Positions 33,109 to 44,056 are shown, counted from the stretch's first letter. The stretch: 64,000 nucleotides of DNA from Sulfurovum sp. UBA5622 (GCA_002424475.1 DIKI01000001.1:141989-205988), one strand, 5' to 3'. Notes: generated by a model from the sequence alone, not told the origin. Made by a program: numbers and translations.

Positions 33109-33461
33109 TCGTCTCTTACCTCGTCTTCATTGTTTTTAAATTGTTCCCAAAAAGGGAATGTGCAACATTGCAATGGTCTTGTATCATATATAGAACATTG
33201 CTCCTTTGTTTCATCAAAAAAAATACACGCATGATCATCTTCACTTAGTTGTTTTTCAATCAACGAATAACGATGTCCTACTTTTTTTATATATATTGTA
33301 GCGAAATCTTGAACACTTAGCGACAAATAAGTTGCTATGTTGCTTATTTCTTCTGGCTTTACCCAAATATAGCCGCTCTCGCCTCTGCAACAATGCCCGC
33401 CGCAATCGGCACATTTTGAGGGATCAAAACAATAATTATATCCCTCTTTACAATCAACCAT
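33090..33461 (-). CDS. YkgJ-family cysteine-cluster protein (UPF0153)
   Basis: CADCGGHCC plus further conserved Cys residues (C..I..D....C). Confidence 0.8.
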   Translation of the reverse strand: MVDCKEGYNYCFDPSKCADCGGHCCRGESGYIWVKPEEISNIATYLSLSVQDFATIYIKKVGHRYSLIEKQLSEDDHACIFFDETKEQCSIYDTRPLQCCTFPFWEQFKNNEDEVRDECPGIV

Positions 33462-33464
33462 ACA

Positions 33465-34163
33465 TTATTCCCTTTGTGCTTTTATGCTATGAGCAGATGC
33501 AAATTTGAATGCATCTTTTGCTTCATCGGTATATATATCATTTTTTTCAAAAATAATCAATGGTGGCAACACTTTTGTTGATGCTTTTGAATTATGACGA
33601 CAGGCAAATAAGACCAACTTTGATTCTTTTTCACTTTTGGAATGTACAAATCTTACTACTTCTGGAGTCAAATGATATTTCTTTAATAAACTAAAAATAT
33701 CTCCTATCTGTTTGGCATCATAGCAGAAAAAAAATCTTCCTTGCGGGGATAGTATCTTATGTACTTTAGAAAAAAAATCATCAAGAGGCAAGTGTATGGC
33801 ATACCTAGCTGTATGCAAACTATTATTTTCACTCTTAATCACTCCATCGGCATAGAATGGAGGATTTGATACTATTGTATCATAATTCTTTGGAGGCATA
33901 AATTCCAAAAAATCTTCATTGTATACTTCTACATATATGTCATTAATAGCATAGTTATGACTGGCATATTCAATCATGGATATTTGTTTGTCTATAATAG
34001 AAGGGGATAGCGCGAATTTACTGCTCAATACAAGACCTACTATGCCAACCCCACATCCAACATCAAGCATTCTTCCTTTTGGAGCAAATGAAGATATAAA
34101 ATGAATAAGAAATATAGAATCACTATTGTAGCAATATCCATTTGGCGATTGATAAAGGAGCAT
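33465..34163 (-). CDS. SAM-dependent methyltransferase with NPPF motif (tRNA m6A37 TrmN6/YfiC-like)
   Basis: Motif I LDVGCGVGIVGL, motif IV SNPPFY. Start placed at ATG 34163; the track ORF begins at TTG 34202. Confidence 0.72.
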   Translation of the reverse strand: MLLYQSPNGYCYNSDSIFLIHFISSFAPKGRMLDVGCGVGIVGLVLSSKFALSPSIIDKQISMIEYASHNYAINDIYVEVYNEDFLEFMPPKNYDTIVSNPPFYADGVIKSENNSLHTARYAIHLPLDDFFSKVHKILSPQGRFFFCYDAKQIGDIFSLLKKYHLTPEVVRFVHSKSEKESKLVLFACRHNSKASTKVLPPLIIFEKNDIYTDEAKDAFKFASAHSIKAQRE

Positions 34164-34216
34164 ATTAATATCTTTTTTTGTTGTAATTTTACTATATTTC
34201 AAGTATAATCGCGTTT

Positions 34217-34957
34217 ATGAATAAAAACAATACTCTCAATCCACCATCTACTGATTTTTCAATGTTAGATTATGAGTGTTCTTATTTGCCTGATCAATTA
34301 GTACGAATGAATTATAAATATGTAACACAGCCAAATGTTACATTTGCATCAGCTGTGATCCAAAGAGGCTGGAGAAGATTCGGAAAATATTATTTTCATC
34401 CTACTTGCAAAGGATGCAATGAATGCAAAAGCTTGAGAATTGATGTAAAAAATTTTATCCCTTCAAAAAGTCAAAAAAAAGCTATCAAACGAAATACCGG
34501 TACACAAATCATAATCGGACGTCCAAGCCTGACCAAACATCACATAGAACTATATAATAAATACCACTATCATAAACAAGATAAAGATGGCTGGAAATAT
34601 CGCCCTATATCACAAAAAGAATATTATGAAAACTTTGTAGAGGGTGCTGAAGATTTTGGCAGAGAAGTGCTTTATTTTCAAAACGAAAAACTCATTGGTG
34701 TTGATCTAGTTGATATATTAGAAGACGGCATAAGCTCAATTTATTGCTATTATGATCCTGATTATTATGATCTTTCAATAGGCACTTTTTCACTTCTTTA
34801 TCAAATAGAGCTTGCCAAACAATTAGGGTTAAAGTGGATATATCTAGGATATTGGGTCGAGGGATGTAAAGCATTTGCTTATAAAACAAACTTTCAACCT
34901 CAAGAACTCCTAGACGGATTTCCTGCTTTGGAAAATAATCCAGAATGGAAAAAATAG
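34217..34957 (+). CDS. bpt: Arginyl/aspartyl-glutamyl leucyl-tRNA--protein transferase (Bpt/ATE family)
   Basis: CSYLPDQ, RGWRRFGKYYFHPTCKGCNECKSLRI, SKSQKKAIKRN. Confidence 0.85.
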   Translation: MNKNNTLNPPSTDFSMLDYECSYLPDQLVRMNYKYVTQPNVTFASAVIQRGWRRFGKYYFHPTCKGCNECKSLRIDVKNFIPSKSQKKAIKRNTGTQIIIGRPSLTKHHIELYNKYHYHKQDKDGWKYRPISQKEYYENFVEGAEDFGREVLYFQNEKLIGVDLVDILEDGISSIYCYYDPDYYDLSIGTFSLLYQIELAKQLGLKWIYLGYWVEGCKAFAYKTNFQPQELLDGFPALENNPEWKK

Positions 34958-34962
34958 TTAGA

Positions 34963-36069
34963 TTATTTTTGTTTTCTTACCCAATTCCAAAATAATCTAT
35001 CCGGATTGACCCTATTGTCTATTTCTGCGCCATTTACAATATTTGCAGCTAACTCATTTGCCAGATACGGCGCAAGCACAAATCCTCTAGCACCAAGTCC
35101 ATTTAATATAAAAAGGTTATCTATATACTTGATTGGATATTTTCTGCCGTTGAGGATATTTGGATAGTTTAACATATTGGCTACATCTATAACCTTGCCT
35201 ACAACTGGAGCAAAATCTCTACTTCCGCTTCTCATGCCACAATATGTTTTAAGCAGTTCAAAGTCACTTGTATCAATTATTCCAGATGCTCTATTTTTTA
35301 AATCTATGGCTTTATTTTCATCACATAGTTTTGGCTCTTTAACTTCAAGCTCATGTGTAGCGCCAAGCTTTATCACTCCATCCATATTTGCTGAAATTGA
35401 TAGCGATTCGTGCAGACTAATATCAAGTTTTAGTTGGGAGCTAAAATCTCCTCTATTGCCCCAAGTGCCTTTGATACCAATATATTTCATATCAAACAGA
35501 TCATTTTCAAAACCGCTTGCTAAAACGATATTTTTTGCTCTTACGTCTCCGACTACCCACAGTTCGTCATCTTTTGTTATGCTTTTGACATTCTTGCATT
35601 TAAAGTCTATATTGCGAGATAACTCAAAACAAATCTCTTTTGCGTCACATGTGCCGCCGTCAAAAAACAGGGTCGAATTGTATTTGACGTCAAATCCCAA
35701 TAAACTTATCTGCTCGGGGGATAATTCTTTATATTTTGCATTATGAAATTTAGAATATTTTGAAGTTTTTGAAGCGTCATCACCGTCTTTGGGGACTCTT
35801 ATGACACCAGTTTTGTGATAAAGTTCATTAAAATTTTTCTCGTAAAATTTGATTGTAAAACTAAATGCATCATCAGTGAGATCTTTAAGAGGTGAGCCAA
35901 CTCCGATCTTTGGGGATAAAAATGCTCCTGCAGCCCCACTCCCTCCGCTTGCTATTCCACCCTTGTCAAGCACAAGAACTTTTTGTCCTAACTTGGTTAA
36001 AAAATATGCCGCACTTGCGCCCGCGATACCCGCGCCTATAATAATGGTATCGTAGGATTTGGTTGGCAT
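34963..36069 (-). CDS. FAD-dependent oxidoreductase (DAO family; ThiO/MnmC-C-like)
   Basis: N-terminal dinucleotide fold YDTIIIGAGIAGASAAYFL...VLVLDK. Confidence 0.75.
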   Translation of the reverse strand: MPTKSYDTIIIGAGIAGASAAYFLTKLGQKVLVLDKGGIASGGSGAAGAFLSPKIGVGSPLKDLTDDAFSFTIKFYEKNFNELYHKTGVIRVPKDGDDASKTSKYSKFHNAKYKELSPEQISLLGFDVKYNSTLFFDGGTCDAKEICFELSRNIDFKCKNVKSITKDDELWVVGDVRAKNIVLASGFENDLFDMKYIGIKGTWGNRGDFSSQLKLDISLHESLSISANMDGVIKLGATHELEVKEPKLCDENKAIDLKNRASGIIDTSDFELLKTYCGMRSGSRDFAPVVGKVIDVANMLNYPNILNGRKYPIKYIDNLFILNGLGARGFVLAPYLANELAANIVNGAEIDNRVNPDRLFWNWVRKQK

Positions 36070-36070
36070 T

Positions 36071-38098
36071 TTATATGGTGATCTCTTTTATATCTGCGAT
36101 ACTTTTAAAACTATTATATATAGCTCCTATTGTAGCTTGGCGATTTGATTTAAGCACTTCGTTATCACTATTTACCATCACATTATCAAAATAAATATCA
36201 AGAATATTTTTGAGTCCAAATAGTGCACTCAACCTCTCTTCATAGCTGCCATACGTATTATTAGATACAGTCATAAATTCATCATATAATATCTTTTCTT
36301 CATCTTGGACAAAGAGTGTGGTATCTACTGTCAGTCGAACATCATCTTTGGATATATTGGCGACTCTTTTAAAAGTACTGGAAATACTCTTAAAATCATC
36401 TCTAGAAACTATTGATTCTAGAGCCAAAGATTTTTTGAATATCTCACAAACATCTCTCTCCCCTGAAGCTAGAACAGAAGCTATAATAGATGGATTGACG
36501 TCAATAGATTTATAAATTCTCTCTATCATAAAAGATGATAAAGCATCTAGCTCAAATGGCTTGTAATTTGATGATAAGTCTAAGATGGTACTATTTACAT
36601 CAAATGGCAACCCATACTCTACGGCTATACGAACAATCCCATTAACTGCACGACGAAGGGCAAATGGATCTTTAGAGCCAGTTGGAATTTTACCCACACT
36701 AAAAAGCCCTAAAAGTGTATCAAGCTTAACAGCCATTGCAACAATTGCACTAAAAAGTGAGCTAGGAAGTTCTGCGCCCTCACCTACTGGCATATATTGT
36801 TCTTTTATGGCTTCGCAAATCTCTATTTCTTTTCCAAGTGCCGTGGCATAATAATAGCCCATAAGCCCTTGTAGCTCCGTGAACTCATATACCATTTCGC
36901 TGGTTAGATCTGCTTTTGCCAAACGTATAGCTTGACTCATAAGCGGTTTTAGAATATCTAATTTTTTATCAAATTTATGACTATATTTATCTACTAGATA
37001 TAGAGCGATTTTTTCTTCTCTATCTATCTTGTCTTTAAGAGATCCAAGCCCATCCATGAATTGAACTTTTTCAAGACCTTCAATGCTAAGTCCTCTTTTT
37101 AAATCATTATCATAAAAGAAAAGAGCGTCAGTCAATCTAGGTTTGAGCACCCTTTGATTACCCTCTATTACTTTAGTATAATCATTTGTAACTGCATTGC
37201 TGACCACAACAAAATGATTGGATAATTTACCGTCTTTAAATGCTGGAAAATATCTTTGGTGTTCTTTCATTGAAGTGATAATAACTTCTGGCGGCAGACG
37301 CAAGAAACCTTCATCGAATGTACCTAGCAATGCCTTTGGATTTTCTGTGATAGCCACAACTTCAGCAAGCAAATCATCATCTCTTTCTATCGTTACCCCA
37401 TTAACTCGCTCAATATCATCAAAATCTGCTACTATTAAAGCTTCTCTATTCTTTGGCTTCAATATCACTGCGCCATTTTTTAGAGCATCCTCATATGACT
37501 CAATTGATGACACTTCTACGCCGGCTGTATCTACCATACGATGTACAAAAGTAAAATTACTGCTATTTACACCAAATATGGTCATAGGTACATTTGTATC
37601 TCCAAGACGAACTTGTAGCCAGCGAATTGGGCGTATAAACTCATCACTCATGCTTGCCCATCTCATCATCTTGCCAAATGCCATAGAGCTTATCCACTCC
37701 ATCAACATGTCTTTAAGTAAACCAACCGTCTCTTTGCCGTCAACTGTACTAGAATAAAAAAGTACTTCTCTACCCTTCTCTTCTCGAGTGGCAAGCTTGT
37801 CAAAAGCTACACCACATTTGGCTGCAAATCCAAGTCCTGCCGGTGTTGGTTCGCCGTCTTTCATGGCCACATTCAACGGTGGACCGACGAGCTCTACAAT
37901 ACTGCTTGCTTGAGTAATTGGCATATTAGTATGTATCAACACCAAGCGACGCGGTGTATAGTAAAACTCGAAATCACATTCTAAAGAATATCTTTGAAGT
38001 ATATTTTGCCAAGAAGTTTCTATATTTTGAATAATTTTCAATAATGGTATAGCAGGGAGTTCTTCAACCCCGATTTCAATTAATAATGGCTTTGTCAT
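36071..38098 (-). CDS. glyS: Glycine--tRNA ligase beta subunit
   Basis: LLIEIGVEELP N-terminus and FTPRRL-like YTPRRLVL; 675 aa. Confidence 0.95.
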   Translation of the reverse strand: MTKPLLIEIGVEELPAIPLLKIIQNIETSWQNILQRYSLECDFEFYYTPRRLVLIHTNMPITQASSIVELVGPPLNVAMKDGEPTPAGLGFAAKCGVAFDKLATREEKGREVLFYSSTVDGKETVGLLKDMLMEWISSMAFGKMMRWASMSDEFIRPIRWLQVRLGDTNVPMTIFGVNSSNFTFVHRMVDTAGVEVSSIESYEDALKNGAVILKPKNREALIVADFDDIERVNGVTIERDDDLLAEVVAITENPKALLGTFDEGFLRLPPEVIITSMKEHQRYFPAFKDGKLSNHFVVVSNAVTNDYTKVIEGNQRVLKPRLTDALFFYDNDLKRGLSIEGLEKVQFMDGLGSLKDKIDREEKIALYLVDKYSHKFDKKLDILKPLMSQAIRLAKADLTSEMVYEFTELQGLMGYYYATALGKEIEICEAIKEQYMPVGEGAELPSSLFSAIVAMAVKLDTLLGLFSVGKIPTGSKDPFALRRAVNGIVRIAVEYGLPFDVNSTILDLSSNYKPFELDALSSFMIERIYKSIDVNPSIIASVLASGERDVCEIFKKSLALESIVSRDDFKSISSTFKRVANISKDDVRLTVDTTLFVQDEEKILYDEFMTVSNNTYGSYEERLSALFGLKNILDIYFDNVMVNSDNEVLKSNRQATIGAIYNSFKSIADIKEITI

Positions 38099-38159
38099 CC
38101 ACTAATTCCTATCATAGATAAAGTTAAGGGATTGTACCAAACCTTTGGTAAATAGGCGA

Positions 38160-38306
38160 TTAATGTGAAGTATTATCAATATCTTTCATGTCTATTCTAT
38201 TTCCATCTGGATCAAATTTATTGCGATAGTAGTTACGAATGATCACAAAAGTGATGCCGACAAATAACACCAATGCTATTATATAAAATATTTCGCCTAT
38301 ACTCAT
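38160..38306 (-). CDS. Small membrane protein (48 aa; below the ORF-track length cutoff)
   Basis: My translation: MSIGEIFYIIALVLFVGITFVIIRNYYRNKFDPDGNRIDMKDIDNTSH. One TM followed by a basic patch. The ATG overlaps the trmL stop as ATGA. Confidence 0.5.
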   Translation of the reverse strand: MSIGEIFYIIALVLFVGITFVIIRNYYRNKFDPDGNRIDMKDIDNTSH

Positions 38307-38776
38307 TGATTTATCTCCTTGAAAATATTATAGTTTTGCCTAAGTGCCTCATAAGCTACGATACCGACACTAAGGGCTAAATTTAAACTTCTTCCTTCAC
38401 TGGTCATCGGAATGGTTATGCATTGGTCTTTTTTTGACTCTAGTATATTGGAAGGTATTCCACTAACTTCTGAACCAAATAGTAAGAAATCGCCATCTTT
38501 ATATTGTGATTCAAAATATAATTTATCTGTCTTAGTTGTCGCTAGATGAAAACGCTCATTTATTGGATTGGCTTCTAAAAATTCATCCAAGCTCTCCCAA
38601 ACTTTCAGATCAAGCTTATTCCAATAATCAAGCCCTGCACGCTTAACCTCTTTGTCATCTATGGAAAATCCAAGCGGTTTGACCAAATGGAGCCTAGCAC
38701 CTATATTGACACACAATCGTCCTATAGTGCCAGTATTTGGAGGGATTTGAGGATTAATAAGAACTATATTGAACAT
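38303..38776 (-). CDS. trmL: tRNA (cytidine/uridine-2'-O-)-methyltransferase TrmL (SpoU family)
   Basis: IVLINPQIPPNTGTIGRLC, LLFGSEVSGIP, SLNLALSVGIVAYEALRQ. Confidence 0.9.
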   Translation of the reverse strand: MFNIVLINPQIPPNTGTIGRLCVNIGARLHLVKPLGFSIDDKEVKRAGLDYWNKLDLKVWESLDEFLEANPINERFHLATTKTDKLYFESQYKDGDFLLFGSEVSGIPSNILESKKDQCITIPMTSEGRSLNLALSVGIVAYEALRQNYNIFKEINQ

Positions 38777-39612
38777 TAAAAAACTATTGTCTTATTGCCA
38801 TTAACAAATACACGATCATTTATCACAAGCGATAATGCACGAGACAACACGATCTTTTCTACATCTTTACCAGCACGCTGCATATCACGCCAATCAAATC
38901 TATGATTAACCGGTATGACATCTTGGGCAATAATTGGACCTTCATCGAGATCATTTGTGACAAAGTGTGCTGTTGCGCCTATTATTTTTACGCCTCTGTC
39001 ATAAGCCTGCTTATATGGATTTGCACCTATAAATGCCGGCAAAAACGAGTGGTGAATATTGATAATTTTGCCACTAAAATGAGAAACAAAATTTGGAGTC
39101 AATATCCTCATATATTTAGCCAATACCATATAATCAAAATCAATACCCCTAAGTATATCGATCACAAGTCGTTCGTGTTCTTCTCTGTTCATACTCTCTG
39201 CACTGATATGAAAAAATGGTATATCAAATCTACGTACCAAACGCTCTAAAGTATCATGATTTGAAACTACAGCTTCTATATCAGCATCAAGCTCTCCATC
39301 AGCATGACGGATAAGAATATCTCCTAATGCGTGTGATTCTTTTGTAGCAAGTATAACGATTTTCTTACGCCTAGGAAGGATAACTCTAGTGTTTGCACCT
39401 GCTGGCAAGATGGCTTTTAATTCTTCTTCTAAGCTTTTAGCCTCAAACTCTCCAGATATCACAGTCCTCATAAAGAAGCGTCCATTTTCTGGTTCTACAA
39501 ATTCTCTATTGCTTTCTATATTTAATTCTCTATCAAAAAATACTTTTGAGATTTTATATACTAATCCTTTGGCATCTTCGCAATCTATAAGCACTCTTGC
39601 TGAATCTTCCAT
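38776..39612 (-). CDS. purU: Formyltetrahydrofolate deformylase
   Basis: N-terminal ACT domain plus formyltransferase core (IINIHHSFLPAF, GATAHFVTNDLDEGPII). Confidence 0.93.
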   Translation of the reverse strand: MEDSARVLIDCEDAKGLVYKISKVFFDRELNIESNREFVEPENGRFFMRTVISGEFEAKSLEEELKAILPAGANTRVILPRRKKIVILATKESHALGDILIRHADGELDADIEAVVSNHDTLERLVRRFDIPFFHISAESMNREEHERLVIDILRGIDFDYMVLAKYMRILTPNFVSHFSGKIINIHHSFLPAFIGANPYKQAYDRGVKIIGATAHFVTNDLDEGPIIAQDVIPVNHRFDWRDMQRAGKDVEKIVLSRALSLVINDRVFVNGNKTIVF

Positions 39613-39628
39613 TATTTATCCTTAAGTA

Positions 39629-40699
39629 TTATGCTGAAACGTATTTGGCAACTATATCACCCATTTGAGAACAATTACAAATTACCTTGGCATCATATGC
39701 ACCTATGTCGCCGGTACGATAACCCTCTTTGAGAGCTTTTTTGATAGCATTATCTATTTTGGCAGCTGCTTCTTCTTCGCCAAAAGCATATTTCAACATC
39801 ATAGCTGCGCTTGAAATGGTAGCAAGCGGATTTGCTATCCCAAGGCCTGCGATATCTGGAGCAGAACCATGGATCGGCTCATAAAGTCCCACTCCTTCTC
39901 CTGTGCTAGCACTTGGAAGAAGCCCAATTGAACCGCTTAACATGCTAGCCGCATCAGAAAGAATATCTCCAAAGATATTACCTGTAAGAATCACATCAAA
40001 TTGCTTTGGATTACGAATAAGCTGCATAGCAGCATTATCTACGTACATATGGCTAAGCTCAACTTCCGGGTATTCTTTGGATATCTCCCCAACTATGTCT
40101 CTCCAAAATTGACTAACTTCTAAGACATTTGCTTTGTCAACAGAACAAATTCTTTTATCTCTTTTCATTGCAATATCAAAAGCTACTCTTGCTATACGTT
40201 CTACTTCATTCCTTGTATAGATCATAGTATTGTATGCATAATCTTTTAGATATTCCCTAGGTTGTCCAAAGTATATACCGCCCGTTAGCTCACGAACCAC
40301 CATAATATCAACACCACTTACTACTTCAGGTTTAAGCGTAGAAGCATTTACAAGCTCATCATAGACTATAGCTGGGCGCAAATTTGCAAATGTTCCCATT
40401 TCTGCTCTAAGTGCCAAAAGTCCGCTCTCTGGTCTAAGATGTCGCTCTAAATTATCCCACTTAGGGCCGCCTATTGCACCAAAGAGTACTGCGTCACACT
40501 CTTTCACGCCATTTTTTGTATCATCAGGAAACGGTACGCCCGTTTCATCAATTGCAGCTCCACCAAGTAACATTTCACGATATTCAAATTCCAAATCACA
40601 GCTCGATCCGACAGCATCTAAAACTTTAATAGCCTCACTTACTATTTCTGGTCCTATACCATCACCTCTAATTACACCTATTTTATACTTTTTTGCCAT
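39629..40699 (-). CDS. leuB: 3-isopropylmalate dehydrogenase
   Basis: [12 protein letters not shown] and NIFGDILSD motifs. Confidence 0.96.
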   Translation of the reverse strand: MAKKYKIGVIRGDGIGPEIVSEAIKVLDAVGSSCDLEFEYREMLLGGAAIDETGVPFPDDTKNGVKECDAVLFGAIGGPKWDNLERHLRPESGLLALRAEMGTFANLRPAIVYDELVNASTLKPEVVSGVDIMVVRELTGGIYFGQPREYLKDYAYNTMIYTRNEVERIARVAFDIAMKRDKRICSVDKANVLEVSQFWRDIVGEISKEYPEVELSHMYVDNAAMQLIRNPKQFDVILTGNIFGDILSDAASMLSGSIGLLPSASTGEGVGLYEPIHGSAPDIAGLGIANPLATISSAAMMLKYAFGEEEAAAKIDNAIKKALKEGYRTGDIGAYDAKVICNCSQMGDIVAKYVSA

Positions 40700-40700
40700 A

Positions 40701-41186
40701 TTAATTTCCTAACTCTTTTTTTGCAAACTCCATAAGTCCACCTGCATCAACGAGCGACTGCATAAATTCAGGAATTGGAACAAACTTATATGTTTTTGCT
40801 TGGCTTATATTTACTACTTCACCCTTGTCCATATCTATTTTTATGATATCGCCCTCATTTATCTCATCAGCTTCAACCAATTCAAATATCGGCAATCCCA
40901 TATTAAATGCATTTCTATAAAAAATTCTAGCGAATGTTGGAGCTATAATGGCACTTATGCCGGCAGCTTTTAGTGCTATTGGGGCATGTTCGCGGCTACT
41001 TCCGCATCCAAAATTCTCACCTGCTACGATAATATCACCTGTACTCATTTTTGAAACAAACTGCGGATCAGCGTCTTCCATCACATGCTTGGCTAGCTCT
41101 TTTGGGTCACTTGTATTTAGATACCGTGCTGCGATTATCAAATCTGTATCAATATTTTCTCCAAATTTCCAAACTTTACCTTGCAC
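40701..41186 (-). CDS. leuD: 3-isopropylmalate dehydratase small subunit (short, type-2 form)
   Basis: 161 aa; [14 protein letters not shown] motif. Confidence 0.92.
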   Translation of the reverse strand: MQGKVWKFGENIDTDLIIAARYLNTSDPKELAKHVMEDADPQFVSKMSTGDIIVAGENFGCGSSREHAPIALKAAGISAIIAPTFARIFYRNAFNMGLPIFELVEADEINEGDIIKIDMDKGEVVNISQAKTYKFVPIPEFMQSLVDAGGLMEFAKKELGN

Positions 41187-41419
41187 GAGCTTTCCTTTTG
41201 TCTTAAATTTGGGCGATTATACCTAAAATTAGCATAAAATGCCAAACTATAGAGTTGTAAAAATAACAAAAAAAACGTAAAAGCTCAACACAATTAAAAA
41301 AATTTCGGTATAATATGCCTCAACTTAAGAAACAATTAAAATTAGAAAAAGTTATATCTCTTATTATTGTATTGAGAGACTTTCAAAACAAACATAATAC
41401 AAATCAAGGACACATAATA

Positions 41420-43306
41420 ATGGCAGAAAAAGATAGCATAACTCGAATCGAAGAAATATTGGTTGCCAAAAAAAAGGGCGATTTCATCACATATGAAAAT
41501 ATAGCCAAAGAGTTTATCAAACCTATCACTAGCGCTCAAGCTAAGAAAATATATAAAATCACGCAAGATAAAAATATTAGCGTTATAAGCGCATCAGAAT
41601 ATGCCAAAAATGCCACACTTAAACAAGGTGTAAATAGAGAACTTTTACGCAAAAAACAACATGATAGCAATCTAGAAGAAGAATTTGATTTTGCAAAAGA
41701 GAAAGAACTTTTAGAGTGGAGCAGAAGTGACAGTCCTGTTCGAATGTATTTACGTGAGATGGGCAAGATTCCACTTCTTACAAAAGAGGAAGAGGTTGAT
41801 TTGAGTGTACAGATCGAAGAAGGTGAAGATATTATTATTGATGCTATCTGCTCTGTGCCATATCTTGTTGGATACATAATAAAATATAGAGAGCCATTAC
41901 TTAATCGCGAAAGACGAGTTAAAGAGCTATTTAAAAGCTTTGAAGATGTCGATACAGAAGAAGCTGAAACAGAAGAAGCTGATGAAGTTGAGATCGAAGA
42001 AGGTGACACAAACGGTACAGAAGAAGTCAAAACAAAACCAGTAAAAGACGACAAAAGAGTACAACAAGTGTTGGAGAGTTTCAAAACACTTGAAAAAGCA
42101 AAAAAAGAGTGGATGAAAGCACGCAATGAGCTAATCAAGATAGTAGAAGAAAAAGGCGAAGAAGAGTCTGAATTACTTTTCTTTGAACGACTAAAAGTTG
42201 CTTTCAAAAAAGAACAACTCAAAGATGCCCTATTGCAACTAGGGCCGACAAGTAAATTGATAAATGAACTTGTAAAAGCTATGGAAACAGCACTTAAAAG
42301 TGATGATAGCTTTGATAAAGAATTAAAAAGATTAGAGTATAAACTTCCATTGTTTAATGAAATACTTCTCAAAAATCACCAAAAAATTCTCAAAAATATT
42401 ATAAATATGGACAAAGAAGATATAGCTCTTGCTGTACCAGAAGCTACAATGGTAAGTACATATGTGGAGATCAAAAAACTTTTTGAGACCAGAGAAGCTA
42501 GTAAAGGTGGTTTTGATCTTAGCCCGGAAAAATTAGCTGAAATTCTTAACCAAATCAGACTAGGAAAAACTAAAAGTGAAAAAGCCAAAACAAGAATGGC
42601 AAAATCAAACCTTAGATTGGTTGTATCTATTGCCAAAAGATATACAAATCGCGGATTACCGTTTTTGGATCTTATTCAAGAAGGTAACATCGGTCTTATG
42701 AAAGCTGTTGATAAATTTGAATATGAAAAAGGTTATAAATTTTCAACATACGCGACATGGTGGATTCGCCAAGCAATCAGTAGAGCTATTGCAGATCAGG
42801 CTCGTACTATTCGTATACCTATACATATGATAGAGACAATTAACCGCATCAATAAAGTAACTCGTAAATACATTCAAGAAAACGGTGCCGAACCTGATAT
42901 GGAAACGATAGCTAGAGAGATTGGATTGTCTGTAGACAAAGTGAGAAACGTCATTAAAATTACAAAAGAACCAGTCAGCCTAGAATCTCCTGTGGGTGAT
43001 GAGGATGATGGAAGATTTGGTGATTTTATCGAAGATAAAAACACACTAAGCCCGACAGAAGAAGTACTTAGAGATGACCTTAATAACCAAATTGATGAAG
43101 TGCTTGAGCAATTAAATGAACGTGAAAGAGCGGTTATCAGGATGAGATTCGGTCTCTTGGATGATGAAAGCGATAGAACATTAGAAGAGATAGGTAAAGA
43201 ATTAAATGTTACTAGAGAAAGAGTCAGACAAATTGAATCATCAGCAATTAAAAAACTCAAACATCCAAAAGTTGGCAGAAAACTCAAAAATTATATTGAA
43301 GAGTAA
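41420..43306 (+). CDS. rpoD: RNA polymerase sigma factor RpoD (sigma-70)
   Basis: Region 1.2 VRMYLREMG, region 2 [32 protein letters not shown], region 4 [20 protein letters not shown]. Start placed at ATG 41420 after CAAGGA; an in-frame ATG at 41315 abuts a TATAAT. Confidence 0.95.
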   Translation: MAEKDSITRIEEILVAKKKGDFITYENIAKEFIKPITSAQAKKIYKITQDKNISVISASEYAKNATLKQGVNRELLRKKQHDSNLEEEFDFAKEKELLEWSRSDSPVRMYLREMGKIPLLTKEEEVDLSVQIEEGEDIIIDAICSVPYLVGYIIKYREPLLNRERRVKELFKSFEDVDTEEAETEEADEVEIEEGDTNGTEEVKTKPVKDDKRVQQVLESFKTLEKAKKEWMKARNELIKIVEEKGEEESELLFFERLKVAFKKEQLKDALLQLGPTSKLINELVKAMETALKSDDSFDKELKRLEYKLPLFNEILLKNHQKILKNIINMDKEDIALAVPEATMVSTYVEIKKLFETREASKGGFDLSPEKLAEILNQIRLGKTKSEKAKTRMAKSNLRLVVSIAKRYTNRGLPFLDLIQEGNIGLMKAVDKFEYEKGYKFSTYATWWIRQAISRAIADQARTIRIPIHMIETINRINKVTRKYIQENGAEPDMETIAREIGLSVDKVRNVIKITKEPVSLESPVGDEDDGRFGDFIEDKNTLSPTEEVLRDDLNNQIDEVLEQLNERERAVIRMRFGLLDDESDRTLEEIGKELNVTRERVRQIESSAIKKLKHPKVGRKLKNYIEE

Positions 43307-43309
43307 CGA

Positions 43310-44056
43310 TTGAATTTCTATGCGCTTATCATAGGAACAGAGATCTTAAATCGCCGTCGTAATGATAAGCATTTTGAATTTTTGTCACGCAAACTTGCCA
43401 AATACGGATATGCACTCAAGGGCTCACTAACTATAGCTGATGAGCCAGATCTTATCATATCGGCGCTCAATTGGCTTAATTCGATATCAGATAGTATAGT
43501 ATTTAGTTTTGGCGGCATAGGTTCAACCCCCGATGATTATACCAGACAAGCAGTAGCTATGGCTTTGAGCGATGGAAAGCTGTATCAACACAAAGAAGCC
43601 AAAATCATCATCGAATCAGCATTGGGCAACAAGGCATATCCTCATGCTATCAAAATGGCCGACTTGCCGCTTGAAGCACATATCATAGACAATCCATTCA
43701 ATAAAATGCCGGCATTTAGTATGTTTGATCGTTTCTTTTTCTTACCTGGATTCCCAGAAATGAGTCATCCGATGATCAAAGATATCCTAGGCAAACTTGA
43801 TATCACTCCGCGAAAAATATATCGCTACACTTTAACAGCACTATGCAAAGAGAGCGAGCTCATCGAAACCATGGAGGCATTACCAAAACATATAGAGTGC
43901 TCATCTTTACCAAAAATATATAGTGACGGCCCTAGGGTAATATTATCGGTTGCATCAAATAATGATACGGAAGCTAAAAATGCTTTTGAAATGTTTATAC
44001 ACATGCTTGATGCAAAAAATATTTCATATGCTTTGCATGATGAAGATGAAGATTAA
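43310..44056 (+). CDS. CinA-N-like / MoCF-biosynthesis (molybdopterin-binding) domain protein
   Basis: IIGTEIL...GGIGSTPDDYT layout. TTG start 3 nt after the rpoD stop. Confidence 0.7.
   Translation: MNFYALIIGTEILNRRRNDKHFEFLSRKLAKYGYALKGSLTIADEPDLIISALNWLNSISDSIVFSFGGIGSTPDDYTRQAVAMALSDGKLYQHKEAKIIIESALGNKAYPHAIKMADLPLEAHIIDNPFNKMPAFSMFDRFFFLPGFPEMSHPMIKDILGKLDITPRKIYRYTLTALCKESELIETMEALPKHIECSSLPKIYSDGPRVILSVASNNDTEAKNAFEMFIHMLDAKNISYALHDEDED

Noticed and set aside
35177-35746. 189-aa plus-strand ORF (also 37218-37757, 36585-36851, 35849-36055)
   Set aside because: Antisense to the clearly recognisable FAD oxidoreductase and glyS genes. Low-complexity Ser/Leu/Thr composition.
40701-41186. 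leuD without an adjacent leuC as a possible sign of rearrangement or a pseudogene
   Set aside because: leuD and leuB are intact and tightly linked. Short-type leuD genes are often unlinked from leuC, and leuC is presumably elsewhere in the genome.
41951-41985. Short tandem duplication ACAGAAGAAGCTGA x2 in rpoD
   Set aside because: It lies in the acidic spacer region of sigma-70, where such low-complexity Glu-rich duplications are usual, and it is only two copies.
41536-42372. 278-aa minus-strand ORF
   Set aside because: Lies entirely antisense within rpoD. It is Ser/Leu-rich and low-complexity, as expected from the complement of GAA/AAA-rich acidic/lysine codons, and has no start context.
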